NCBI GenBank assembly: GCA_965369865.1
Contig: CBDURU010000039.1
Coordinates: 1 to 26,951, forward strand
DNA: 26,951 nt
Direction: 5' to 3'
From: an uncultured bacterium
GTDB lineage: Bacteria; JAJVIF01; JAPKYR01
Shown in pieces: positions 6,726 through 16,389 of the stretch; position 1 is the first letter of the stretch; each line of letters opens with the position of its first letter. A program made the translations under genes and the position numbers. The notes under the pieces were generated by a model. That model was not told the DNA's origin. It was given only the letters and a program-made list of their open reading frames with translations, and made no database searches.

Positions 6726-6905
6726 TTACAGACTGAATTCAGCACGTTTAACATCTTGGTGTTGTTTGGGATTTACGAGTAAAAGGTAAATGTTAACAAC
6801 GGCTTTTGCTTTTTGTTCAGAATCATCGAATGAATCCTCATCTGCTAAATCCTTTGCGATTTGCATGAGGCCAACAAGTTGTGATTCGGTTTGTGTGATA
6901 GGCAT
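6726..6905 (-). CDS. Small hypothetical protein (59 aa) MPITQTESQLVGLMQIAKDLADEDSFDDSEQKAKAVVNIYLLLVNPKQHQDVKRAEFSL, not in the ORF track
   Basis: Translated by hand. AGGAG SD 6 nt upstream of the ATG; near-consensus promoter directly upstream. Confidence 0.6.
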   Translation of the reverse strand: MPITQTESQLVGLMQIAKDLADEDSFDDSEQKAKAVVNIYLLLVNPKQHQDVKRAEFSL

Positions 6906-6925
6906 AAAATACTCCTAAACGGATT

Positions 6926-6964
6926 TAATGTAGCAATTGTACATTACTTCTTTGTTTTTGGCAA
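6926..6964 (-). promoter_or_regulatory. Sigma70 promoter with overlapping 21-bp operator-like inverted repeat
   Basis: TTGCCA (6964-6959)-17 bp-TACAAT (6941-6936). Inverted repeat TAATGTA-gcaattg-TACATTA at 6926-6946. Confidence 0.65.
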
Positions 6965-6998
6965 GTCCCTCTAGGGACGTAGCCGAGTGCGGAACACA

Positions 6999-7026
6999 AC
7001 GTCGCATAATGATGATTATGTTAAGT
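6999..7026 (+). other. dif: dif-type XerC/XerD recombination site
   Basis: ACGTCGCATAA-TGATGA-TTATGTTAAGT versus E. coli dif GGTGCGCATAA-TGTATA-TTATGTTAAAT. XerD arm matches 10/11, the inner 7 nt of the XerC arm are identical, the spacer is 6 bp, and the site is intergenic. Confidence 0.85.
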
Positions 7027-7073
7027 AGCACGAAAATGGCTGAATTCAGGCCCACTCCCCTCCCAGACACGCG

Positions 7074-9977
7074 TTACTTGTTATCCTGCTCGTCCCAGAA
7101 CTTTTTCTTCGTCTTCAGAAGGCTCTTAAGCGATGAAGTTTCCTGAGGAGGTTCTTTTTTTACACTTCCTGTCTCCGTCGTCCTGAATTTCGGAACCTTA
7201 GCCTTCCCTACCGGCTTCCTGGCAAGAATCTCATCGATACGCTCGTCGGCTTCCTTCTCGGTTTTAACAAATTCAGGTTTCACGGCAGTTAAACGGTATG
7301 CTTCCTTGACCTTCCTCAGTTGATCGATATGTGTTTTGTCGATACCGGGACGGAATCTCCGTTCGCGGATTTCTGTAATGTACCCTGTCACCTTATTCCG
7401 TACCAATTCAAGCGATTCTCCGGTGAGACTGAGGCGCCGGACGGCTATATCAAAGGGAAGAAGGCAGATCGCTAACATAAGGAGGTAGAACCAGAGATCG
7501 AAGTAACGGCTGATCGGCTGGTTTGTGTGACGGAAAACGCTTGCCGGATCGATCGCGAATTGCCCGCCTGTTACATCCGCAAGCTGGGACAGCAAAAACA
7601 TATCCGGACCGCTTTTTTCATATTCGGGAGGGAAGCTGACAGAGTATCCGCTCGAAACCTGGTCGACAATATTTGCATCCCCGTCTTCCTGGTAAATATT
7701 CACGAGGTAGCTCCCGATTTGAGTCGCGCCCAGGGAAGCCTCGTAGCGGCCGGGTGCGACCTGGAAAAGGTCCAGTTCCTCGATATCGCCCTCAGGAAGC
7801 ACCACTCTCGCCTTGATAAGCGCGTCGGTAATCATCTCCCCGCTGAGATCGATAGCATCGACCGAAATGTAAGCCTTCCCTGCCCTGAAATAAACATTCG
7901 GAACCAGGTTGCCCGGCATCGTGCCGCCGACAAGCCACCTGGTGGCTTGTGTCCATATTTGTTTATAACCCGGCCAGTTCAGCCATTGTGCCGCCCAGCG
8001 AGCTTTGGTGTCGGATGTAAACGCGAGCGACCGTCCAAGCCCATACTGCCAGTGCGCGAGAAGCGGATCGGCCCTGTGAGTCGTCAGTGCTTCGACCGCA
8101 AGGGGCTTGATATTTGTTGAAACATACCCTAACAACAGTGGTGACGATTGGATGTCGACGCCATCGGTTATCGGAGATGGCTGGTTCTGAAGCGCCACAA
8201 ATGGTTCCTCGACAAGCGCCCTGTTCCCCGCCAGAAAAGTTTCCTTTGTAAAAATCCTCGGAAGGTTCCTGGAATCATCGCAATGATAGAAATTACCCCC
8301 GCCGCGATCAGCAAGACTTTCCATCAACTCATCATTTGCATAAGAACCGATTGATACCGTTGAGAGGGTCATATCATACTGGTTCATCCGGTTGACAAGG
8401 CCGTCGAAATCCCCCGGCATCGTACAACCGTCCGATAGAACTATCATGTGCTTGATTTTTGTATCGGCGTCCTTGAGAGCCTCGAATGCCGGTGCCATAC
8501 CCGCGTAAACCGACGTCCCCCCCCCTGCCCTTATCGTCCCAATCAACCCAATCACATGATCCTTATCACGCAACTCTCCAAGGGGAACAATCCACTGCCC
8601 GGCGGAATCGAATGTGATTACACCGAGTTGGTCTGTGTACTCCAGGAGTTCCACCACCAGCCTGCTGGCCTGCTTGGCTATCTCAATCTCGGTATCACCA
8701 CTTTGTTCCATACCTGCCATACTTCCGGAGCTGTCAATAACCAGCATGATCCCAATGGATGGAATGTATTCCTTGCGCGTAAGGTCGAAATCTACCGGAA
8801 GCATCTCCTCGAATGGAGTTTCGTAATACCCACCGGGACCGAACGAATTCTCGCCGCCGATCATCGCGAATCCCCCGCCTAAATCGCGCACGAATGACTG
8901 GTACGAATTCATGGTTTCGACGGAAAGAAGTTCGGCGCCAACATCGCTGAACAGGATCACATCGTAGGTCGCCATGGATATCAGGCTTGTAGGAAGTCCG
9001 CTTATGTCCCTGAATTCCGCCTGGATACCTTCCTGCAGAAGCGCATCGACCATGTACGGCCGTTCATTTGGATCGCCCGACACGTAACACACCCGTGGCT
9101 GGCCCTCGACAATCGTGTAATCGGTCGCCTGGTTGTTCGCGCCTTCTGTATCACCTTCCGCGCGCACCTGCACCCTGTATGCGAAAAACCCGCCCTCATC
9201 ATGTTCTCTCGGGAAAGTGAAAACATTTTTCCCCGGCACCAGGCGGACTTCCTGCGTGCCGATCAGGCGGTCGTTCTCATAAACCTCGACAATCGCGTCC
9301 GATTCGCTTTCAGCCTCGATTACCGCGCGGACATCAAAAATTTCGCCCTCTTCGACACGCCTTGGAAGTATCAGCCGTCCGGCCATGACCTCACCTGTAG
9401 TGGGTTCCCCAAACGGTACAACATCGATTTCGACACTCCTGTTTGTCGCTATCCGCGCGGATGTTATCGAATCTCCAATATTTTCATTGCCGTCGGAAAG
9501 CACAACGATCCGTGCGCCGGAATCAGGCGGGAAACTCGCGAGGGCAAGATCGATCGCGCCCGAGAGATTCGTGAAATCCGGCCTGATATCGGACTGGATT
9601 TCCATCACGGATGAAATATCGCTCCCCAGGCTGGCCTCGACAAACGCGTCGCGTCCGAATGATATAACCCCGGCTTTATCGAATTCGTCATCCAGATACC
9701 CGGCGGCTTCATGGAGAAAACTGATCATGGGATCGGTACTCCCCTGCCCCATCGAATGGCTGCCGTCGATAAGAAAGAAAACTCCAAGTTCATCGGATCT
9801 TTTAATCAGCCGTGTATCGGCCAGTGCAAGTATTAAAGTGGCGATCAGAATCAGTCTCAGAAAAAGGCTGAGTCCACGCTGGAACCTTCCCATATCGCTG
9901 AAGCTCGTATAATGGAGCAGGACGAAAAAAGGAAGGATCAAAAAAAACCATAATGCCTGTGGTGTTCCAAATTCCAT
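7074..9977 (-). CDS. Membrane protein with two VWA domains and a glutamine-amidotransferase-like domain
   Basis: N-terminal double TM. MIDAS motifs IDGSHS and IDSSGS with VLSDG. GGGFAMIGGENSFGPGGY and WQYGLGRSLAFTSD motifs. C-terminal TM. Confidence 0.85.
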   Translation of the reverse strand: MEFGTPQALWFFLILPFFVLLHYTSFSDMGRFQRGLSLFLRLILIATLILALADTRLIKRSDELGVFFLIDGSHSMGQGSTDPMISFLHEAAGYLDDEFDKAGVISFGRDAFVEASLGSDISSVMEIQSDIRPDFTNLSGAIDLALASFPPDSGARIVVLSDGNENIGDSITSARIATNRSVEIDVVPFGEPTTGEVMAGRLILPRRVEEGEIFDVRAVIEAESESDAIVEVYENDRLIGTQEVRLVPGKNVFTFPREHDEGGFFAYRVQVRAEGDTEGANNQATDYTIVEGQPRVCYVSGDPNERPYMVDALLQEGIQAEFRDISGLPTSLISMATYDVILFSDVGAELLSVETMNSYQSFVRDLGGGFAMIGGENSFGPGGYYETPFEEMLPVDFDLTRKEYIPSIGIMLVIDSSGSMAGMEQSGDTEIEIAKQASRLVVELLEYTDQLGVITFDSAGQWIVPLGELRDKDHVIGLIGTIRAGGGTSVYAGMAPAFEALKDADTKIKHMIVLSDGCTMPGDFDGLVNRMNQYDMTLSTVSIGSYANDELMESLADRGGGNFYHCDDSRNLPRIFTKETFLAGNRALVEEPFVALQNQPSPITDGVDIQSSPLLLGYVSTNIKPLAVEALTTHRADPLLAHWQYGLGRSLAFTSDTKARWAAQWLNWPGYKQIWTQATRWLVGGTMPGNLVPNVYFRAGKAYISVDAIDLSGEMITDALIKARVVLPEGDIEELDLFQVAPGRYEASLGATQIGSYLVNIYQEDGDANIVDQVSSGYSVSFPPEYEKSGPDMFLLSQLADVTGGQFAIDPASVFRHTNQPISRYFDLWFYLLMLAICLLPFDIAVRRLSLTGESLELVRNKVTGYITEIRERRFRPGIDKTHIDQLRKVKEAYRLTAVKPEFVKTEKEADERIDEILARKPVGKAKVPKFRTTETGSVKKEPPQETSSLKSLLKTKKKFWDEQDNK

Positions 9978-10008
9978 ATCGGTCGTCTTACATTACTATA
10001 CTACTTAA

Positions 10009-11874
10009 CTAAAACCCCTTTCTGTGATAGAAGAACCATTCTCCGGACAGCACTATCAACGCGATTACCGCGAGATATTTCCAGACATGCTTCTCTCCTT
10101 CGATCTCAAAGCGCCTCGTGCTGTCTGACCCGTATAATTCTTCGGGTTGAGCCATCGATGAAATATCGCTTTCTGTTTCATCGAAAAAATTAGCGACAAT
10201 TATTTCGGTGCCGGCTTCTGAATCACCCATGGCATGCATTGTGTAGATACCCGCTACATTCACATCGATAAAAGCGTGACCGGCATCTATCGGAAATTCA
10301 AGCTCGATATCCCCCGGTCCAGTTAGATTTATCTTTTCCGCCAGCGCGTCCACACGTACAGCCTGGATTCCCTGTGTCCTTATGCCCGATGATGAGCTTT
10401 CCAGGTGCGACCGGAAGTAACTGACCACGTTATACATCAGGATCGGGAATGTCGGAAGCGTAATCAGGTCCGAACTTGTCAGGTTGAACGGGAAAACCAG
10501 GCTGCGAAGGTAATTACGTTCTCCATAGACCATTAACGGAGTTGAATCACCGTCGATCAGTACCACCGATCCGGGCTGCGGCTGTGCGACAGTCGCCGTG
10601 AATACATCGAAACTGCCCGGATTTACAAACCTCAACATCGGATGACCGTCATCCCAGTCGGTAACTTTCGGAAGGGGTACTGAGTCGGATAACGTACATG
10701 GCAGGTAATCCCGGTTCGGAGGATTAAAAAATACGTAATTCCCGGGAGTAAGATCCTCGGGCGCCCAGCCAGGGAAAAAAGTAAGATCGAAACCCGCTCC
10801 CGGAACATACTCGCTCGCGTCTAATTGAAACAACTGGATCCCCGGTATCCCGGCCAGTGCAAGCAGGAGGAATGGTTCACTGCCCGCGATCAAAACCTCC
10901 ATTCCTTCGCTGTCCGGTGGAAGTGCGTAGGCGGTATTATCAATCGCCATGTCATCGTTGATATCCAGCCTTACTTCCACGACCCCTTCTTCCCCGTATG
11001 GGTAGGGAATTTCATTAAAAACTCTCGCTGTCCGCGAACCTGGCCCTATTTCAATAGACCTGACATCGACAAGATCGTTATTCACGTAAAATTCAACATC
11101 GACCTCAATACGAGTTTCGGTGAAATTCCTTACGGTAAGGAAAGCATGGAAGCCAAATAATTCCGGATCATCGGAAAGGCCCGTAATCGTAAAATCGGTG
11201 ATCGCGACATTGCTGCCCGGTTCACCTGCCTGGAGGAATTGAACCGGGACTGGCGGATCGCTGAACAGTTCAGTATCCATGCCCGAGAAATCACTTGCGA
11301 TAACAATTTTCGGCTGGTCGATTTCGCTGGCTTTACTGATTGCCAGACGGTACGCGGTTTCAATATCGGAACGCGTGTCCTGGACATGAAGGCCCTCGAG
11401 TGTCCGTTCGATTGAACCGATACTTGCGGTGAAGTCGAGAACAATCTGCGCGTGCTCCCCTGCCTCGATTATCATTACTTTTTCCCTGGGAGAAAGACCC
11501 TTGCAGTAGGTCCTGATATTCCGGACAGCCGAGTCGAACCTCGGGCGTCCCAGTTCGGTCGCGCTCATGCTGGCCGATGTATCGATGACAAAAATAGTCC
11601 TTTGCCCTTCGTTCAAAGCTGCCTGTATAGCCGGGTCGATCAGGGCGAAAATTATGGCAAGGGCTATTAAAATCTGCAGAAAGAGGAGGATATTCCATCT
11701 CAGCTTCTGGAACGGGACATTCGCCTGCAGGTCCTGGATCATTTCGGTCCAGAAGAATGTAGATGAAATAATTTTTTTCTTTCTCTGGAGACGCAGGAGG
11801 TATAGAGCGATTATTACAGGAATCGCCGATAAAAACGCGAGTGCTATGGGATTATTAATGGACATGTTGTACAA
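10009..11874 (-). CDS. BatA N-terminal domain + VWA domain membrane protein
   Basis: NPIAL..IPVIIALYLL..ISSTFFW..LLFLQIL (BatA-like). MIDAS IDTSAS. C-terminal TM ending in EW. Confidence 0.85.
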   Translation of the reverse strand: MYNMSINNPIALAFLSAIPVIIALYLLRLQRKKKIISSTFFWTEMIQDLQANVPFQKLRWNILLFLQILIALAIIFALIDPAIQAALNEGQRTIFVIDTSASMSATELGRPRFDSAVRNIRTYCKGLSPREKVMIIEAGEHAQIVLDFTASIGSIERTLEGLHVQDTRSDIETAYRLAISKASEIDQPKIVIASDFSGMDTELFSDPPVPVQFLQAGEPGSNVAITDFTITGLSDDPELFGFHAFLTVRNFTETRIEVDVEFYVNNDLVDVRSIEIGPGSRTARVFNEIPYPYGEEGVVEVRLDINDDMAIDNTAYALPPDSEGMEVLIAGSEPFLLLALAGIPGIQLFQLDASEYVPGAGFDLTFFPGWAPEDLTPGNYVFFNPPNRDYLPCTLSDSVPLPKVTDWDDGHPMLRFVNPGSFDVFTATVAQPQPGSVVLIDGDSTPLMVYGERNYLRSLVFPFNLTSSDLITLPTFPILMYNVVSYFRSHLESSSSGIRTQGIQAVRVDALAEKINLTGPGDIELEFPIDAGHAFIDVNVAGIYTMHAMGDSEAGTEIIVANFFDETESDISSMAQPEELYGSDSTRRFEIEGEKHVWKYLAVIALIVLSGEWFFYHRKGF

Positions 11875-11887
11875 GTCAGAGCGATCT

Positions 11888-12790
11888 TTACCTCAAGAAT
11901 CCCGTTACAACAAGCTCCTTCAATATGAAATCCTCCACAGGAACATCCGTTGTTGTAAGCACATATCCCAGTCCGAGTTTTCGCGCGAAAGTCCTGAGGT
12001 CGTCAAGGTAGGCAACCATCCTGCGCTTGTAATCGCTTAAAAGCTTTGGGCTGACCGAAACCTCTACAACTTCACCGGTTTCGCTGTCGGTGAGCGCCCA
12101 GTCCCCACGGAGCGCCGGGTCGAGTTCGGTCCTGTCCAGAACGTGCAGGAGAAGGATATCGTTTTTATTGTATTTGAGCCTTTTAATGCCCTCTTTCACA
12201 TTTACCGGATCGAGGAAATCGCTTATTACAAAAACCAGGCCCCTTGATCGGTGCCTGAGGGAGAATGATTTCATCGATTCAAGGAAATTTGTCCTGCCGC
12301 CCGTTTCAGCGTCGTTAAGAAGGTCGAGTATCGTCGCGAGATGTGCGCGTCCCCTAAGAAGCTGCGTCCCCTTGCCAGGCTGGTCGGAGAAAGTCGTAAG
12401 GCTCAGGCGGTCGAGGTTAGTGAGTCCAATATACGAAAGGGCCGCGGCAAGTTTCCTCGCGTGGTCCACCTTGGGAGGATCGCCTGTCTGCATGGATGCG
12501 GATGTGTCCACAAGAACGTGAACTGTCAGGTCCTCCTCCTCTTGAAACAGTTTCAGGAAAAACCGTTCGAGACGGGCGTAGATATTCCAGTCGAGATAAC
12601 GGAGGTCGTCGCCGCGATGATAATCGCGGTAATCGGCGAATTCGACGGATGTCCCATACTTTTTACTGCGTTTCTCCCCCTTCATTACCCCACCGAGGAT
12701 CATTCGTGTCTCAAGTTTAAGGCGTGCGAGCCTTCTCAGAAATTCTGGATCGAGAGTGATATTTTTCTTATCTGAAGTAACTAAAACCAT
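11888..12790 (-). CDS. DUF58 domain protein
   Basis: G.SVEFADYRDY..GDDLRYLDWN.YAR, VDTSASM and VISDFL. Confidence 0.93.
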   Translation of the reverse strand: MVLVTSDKKNITLDPEFLRRLARLKLETRMILGGVMKGEKRSKKYGTSVEFADYRDYHRGDDLRYLDWNIYARLERFFLKLFQEEEDLTVHVLVDTSASMQTGDPPKVDHARKLAAALSYIGLTNLDRLSLTTFSDQPGKGTQLLRGRAHLATILDLLNDAETGGRTNFLESMKSFSLRHRSRGLVFVISDFLDPVNVKEGIKRLKYNKNDILLLHVLDRTELDPALRGDWALTDSETGEVVEVSVSPKLLSDYKRRMVAYLDDLRTFARKLGLGYVLTTTDVPVEDFILKELVVTGFLR

Positions 12791-12930
12791 GATAATTAGC
12801 TGGCAGATGAACTGCCTCGCTCAAGGCATTTGATTATTGTACTCCATTATAAGAGGTTTATTGGGTGAGATTGGTTCCATTTTTTCCAGGGACTGCTATT
12901 TTTTCTGGATTTTCAATATGTTCCGTACGT

Positions 12931-13362
12931 TTATCCCTGGTCGCTTACTTCCTCGCCGCGCGAAATCTTACCTTCCCTGATTGATTCACGCTTCTTTTGA
13001 TCTATCATGTCCTGCACCTCATTAATCAGGCGTTTCTGTTCATCGAGCCGGTCCTTGTGAAGCCGACGAATTGATTTTGCCCTCAGGTAAAGGATAACCG
13101 GGGCTAAAATCAATAACAATGGAGCAAGGATTATCAGGGCTGTGAAAGTGAATAAGGGCGGAATTGACCAGTGAAGCAGGGAAATTAGGGATAGCAGGCC
13201 CAAAATTATCATGCTCAACAGCGATAAGATAAACTGCAAACGGTGTTTTTTACTTATGACAAGAAATGAGGTTTCAAGACGAAAGGTTATGGCTATCACA
13301 ACCAGTAGGACGAGGCCGAATAATGTAAGGAACCAGTGAATCTGTGGTGTGTATTCCGGCAT
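12931..13362 (-). CDS. Hypothetical membrane protein (3 TM + charged tail)
   Basis: 143-aa ORF co-oriented in the gene run; hydrophobic segments. Confidence 0.7.
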   Translation of the reverse strand: MPEYTPQIHWFLTLFGLVLLVVIAITFRLETSFLVISKKHRLQFILSLLSMIILGLLSLISLLHWSIPPLFTFTALIILAPLLLILAPVILYLRAKSIRRLHKDRLDEQKRLINEVQDMIDQKKRESIREGKISRGEEVSDQG

Positions 13363-13381
13363 GGGAGTTTTTTCAAACCTT

Positions 13382-14008
13382 TTAATTTTTTGGTGGTAGC
13401 CTGGCTGGAGGTTTATAGTAAGGGACGCGTTCTCCCTTCGCCCGTTTCCGCGCGGTCGCCTGGGTCATCAGCCCGAGAATCCCTACGATGAGAGGGATTA
13501 CCCAGTCGGGTTTCATGATTCCCATCGGACTTATAACAAACCATATAATTCCCGCACCAAAAGCACTCAGGAGAATCATTAAAAGCGCATCGATCGCGAT
13601 TATGAAAATCAATCCACCACCAAGGAACCAGATCAGGTCGGCACCGGTAGGTTTAATGAGTTCGAGAAACCCCTGCCCGACCGCAACTCCAGGACCAATA
13701 CCCATTATAAATTTGCCAAGAAATACCCCAACCATTCCGCCTGCAAGGAAAAACATGATGGCATTCGCGAACCGTGCGATTACAATCCCGGCCATACCGA
13801 GAATCAGCACCAGGACTACACCGGCAAGATAGATAAATAATTCATCCCAGACTAGCCGGCTCGCAAAAATACTAAATAGGTATATTGCATAGGCGGCACC
13901 GACAAGGAATCCGACCAGCTTGATTGTTCCCTTGTAAATCGGGAGTCCGAAGAATGCGAACGCCAGTCCGATTACAATAAGGATGATTTTAAACAGCATG
14001 GACCCCAT
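13382..14008 (-). CDS. Gly-rich multi-TM membrane protein (DUF4203/TM7S3-like)
   Basis: GLAFAFFG..IYK....LVGF..G and FFLAGG..G patterns; about 7 TMs. Confidence 0.7.
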   Translation of the reverse strand: MGSMLFKIILIVIGLAFAFFGLPIYKGTIKLVGFLVGAAYAIYLFSIFASRLVWDELFIYLAGVVLVLILGMAGIVIARFANAIMFFLAGGMVGVFLGKFIMGIGPGVAVGQGFLELIKPTGADLIWFLGGGLIFIIAIDALLMILLSAFGAGIIWFVISPMGIMKPDWVIPLIVGILGLMTQATARKRAKGERVPYYKPPARLPPKN

Positions 14009-14038
14009 TGGATTCCCCTGGCGCCTTGTTTAGTGCCA

Positions 14039-14626
14039 TCACTTCTTTTTTCTGGATGGCTGATTTGTTCTTGTTTTTAAAAGTATATCATCATTCGAAG
14101 GGAGGTGTTCCATTACGAAAATGTATGGGACATTCCGATGATGCTCGTGGTAATCCATTCCGTACCCAAGTACAAATGTGTCCGGAATGTCGAAACCCTT
14201 GTAGTCGATCGCTACATCGACTTCCCGCCTGTCGGGACGATCGAGAAAACTTACCACCTTCAAACTCGCCGGACGTCTCTGCTTGAATGAATTCAAAAGG
14301 TAATTTAATGTCTGCCCGCTGTCGACTATATCCTCGACTACAAGGACATGCTTTGATTCCACGCTGTCATCGAGATCCTTTGTGATTCGCACGATTCCTG
14401 TAGTCCTGCTCCCGCTGCCGTAAGATGAGATCCCGATAAAGTCCAGCTCGCATGGAATGCTCATATATCGCATAAGATCGGATGCGAATACCACCGCGCC
14501 CTTGAGGACAACAACGAGATATGGAATCCGTCCCTCGTAATCACTCGATATCTGTTCCGCGAGTTCTTTTACCCTCGCCTGGATTTTTGCCTTCGAAAAC
14601 AAAATCCTTGGTTTTTCCGGTGTCAC
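14039..14626 (-). CDS. hpt: Hypoxanthine phosphoribosyltransferase
   Basis: VLKGA..F..DL, SSYG, PRPP-binding VEDIVDSGQT, FVLGYGMDY. Confidence 0.95.
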   Translation of the reverse strand: MTPEKPRILFSKAKIQARVKELAEQISSDYEGRIPYLVVVLKGAVVFASDLMRYMSIPCELDFIGISSYGSGSRTTGIVRITKDLDDSVESKHVLVVEDIVDSGQTLNYLLNSFKQRRPASLKVVSFLDRPDRREVDVAIDYKGFDIPDTFVLGYGMDYHEHHRNVPYIFVMEHLPSNDDILLKTRTNQPSRKKK

Positions 14627-14704
14627 TGAAATTCCACCTTTATTTCAATAAAATATCGCATCGAAGCGTTAAACATTACCTGGATCGTCCTGGATTATAA
14701 ACTC

Positions 14705-16255
14705 CTACTCCCATTCTATTGTTCCAGGTGGTTTGGAAGTGATATCAAAAACGCACCTGTTTATCCCCTTAACCTCATTCACAACCCTGTTCGATATGCG
14801 TTCAAGAACCTTGTGAGGTAGACGTGCCCAGTCGCATGTCATGGCATCCTCGCTTGTTACAGCCCGAACTACTATCGGATATTCATAGGTTCGCTCGTCG
14901 CCCATTACACCCACAGACCTGATTAACGGGAGCACACCGAAGTACTGCCACACCTCACGGGATAATCCGGCTTTAAAAATTTCCTCGATAATTATGGCGT
15001 CCGCTTCCTGGAGTATTTTTACCCTTTTAGGCGTCACATCGCCGATAATCCGGATCGCCAACCCTGGTCCGGGAAACGGCTGGCGATAGACAATATGCGG
15101 CGGGAGTTCCACCTGGCTCGCTACATGACGGACCTCATCCTTGAATATGTACCGCAATGGCTCGATAAGCTTGAGTTGCATTTTCTCCGGCAGTCCACCC
15201 ACATTGTGATGGCTCTTAATTTTTACATCGGTGGCTCCGGTATGGCTCTCTGATTCGATGACATCCGGATATAACGTTCCCTGGGCGAGAAACCCGATCT
15301 TCCCCAGCTTACTAGCTTCCTCCTCAAAAACCCTGATGAATTCCTCGCCGATTATCATCCGTTTCCGTTCGGGATCGGTTACCCCGGCAAGCTTCCTGAA
15401 AAACCTCTCCGAGGCGTCAACACAAACAAGATTCATCTTGAAATGGTTTTCGAATGTCTCACGAACCTGCTCCGTCTCACCACGCCGCATGAAACCATGG
15501 TCTACATAAATGCAGGTAAGCTGCTTTCCAACCGCTCTATGGACGAGTGTGGCGGTTACGGACGAATCCACTCCCCCGGATAGCCCGCAGATAACCTTCT
15601 TATTCCCGACCATGCGCTTAATGTCCGAGATCGCCAGATCGATAAAGTTTGCGGGTGTCCAGGATGGTTTGCACTCGCAAATATCATATAGGAAATTTTT
15701 TATCAGGTCGATTCCCCACGGTGTGTGGAATACTTCAGGATGAAATTGTACTCCGTATAATTTACGGCTTGGTTCGCCTATCGAAGCGATTTTTGAATGT
15801 AAGGTATGTGCGTAGGATTCGAAACCCGGCGGGAGTTTGGCTATTTTATCGCCATGGCTCATCCAGCAGATCAGGTTCGGGTTAAGGCCCTTGAAAAGGG
15901 GGTCGGCCTGATCCACCCACAGTTCAGTCTTGCCGAATTCCTTCTTACGCGTCGACTTGACAACCCCGTCCAGCATACTGCCCATTAGCTGCATTCCATA
16001 ACAGATGCCGAGTATTGGTATGCCCAGCTCGAACACCTTCGGATCCGGGATCGGGCTGTTTTTCAGTCGGACACTCGACGGTCCGCCGGAGAGTATTAAC
16101 CCCTTTGGTTTTATCTTTTTTATCTGGGCTGCATCGATATTATATGGAACAATTTCCGAATAAACCTTTGAGTCGCGCACACGCCTCGCAATCAGTTGAT
16201 TATACTGTGCGCCGAAATCTAGAATTAATATTTTCTGTCTTGGCTTGCTGGCCAT
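14705..16255 (-). CDS. guaA: GMP synthase (glutamine-hydrolysing)
   Basis: [46 protein letters not shown]. Confidence 0.98.
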   Translation of the reverse strand: MASKPRQKILILDFGAQYNQLIARRVRDSKVYSEIVPYNIDAAQIKKIKPKGLILSGGPSSVRLKNSPIPDPKVFELGIPILGICYGMQLMGSMLDGVVKSTRKKEFGKTELWVDQADPLFKGLNPNLICWMSHGDKIAKLPPGFESYAHTLHSKIASIGEPSRKLYGVQFHPEVFHTPWGIDLIKNFLYDICECKPSWTPANFIDLAISDIKRMVGNKKVICGLSGGVDSSVTATLVHRAVGKQLTCIYVDHGFMRRGETEQVRETFENHFKMNLVCVDASERFFRKLAGVTDPERKRMIIGEEFIRVFEEEASKLGKIGFLAQGTLYPDVIESESHTGATDVKIKSHHNVGGLPEKMQLKLIEPLRYIFKDEVRHVASQVELPPHIVYRQPFPGPGLAIRIIGDVTPKRVKILQEADAIIIEEIFKAGLSREVWQYFGVLPLIRSVGVMGDERTYEYPIVVRAVTSEDAMTCDWARLPHKVLERISNRVVNEVKGINRCVFDITSKPPGTIEWE

Positions 16256-16389
16256 TTACATCTCTTCTCAAACCTGTACGGTTGCCGAATTTTATCAGAG
16301 CCATGAACTCCATTCAACCGCATTGGGTAATTACTCACCGATTTATTAATATATCGCCCTGATTTCCATCTTACTGCATACTTGAACGG

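Noticed and set aside
5901..6998. Integron cassette array
   Set aside because: No attC-like RYYYAAC...GTTRRRY palindromes between the ORFs and no intI.
6937..7146. 69-aa plus-strand ORF
   Set aside because: It crosses the promoter, dif and the VWA gene end on the opposite strand; no SD.
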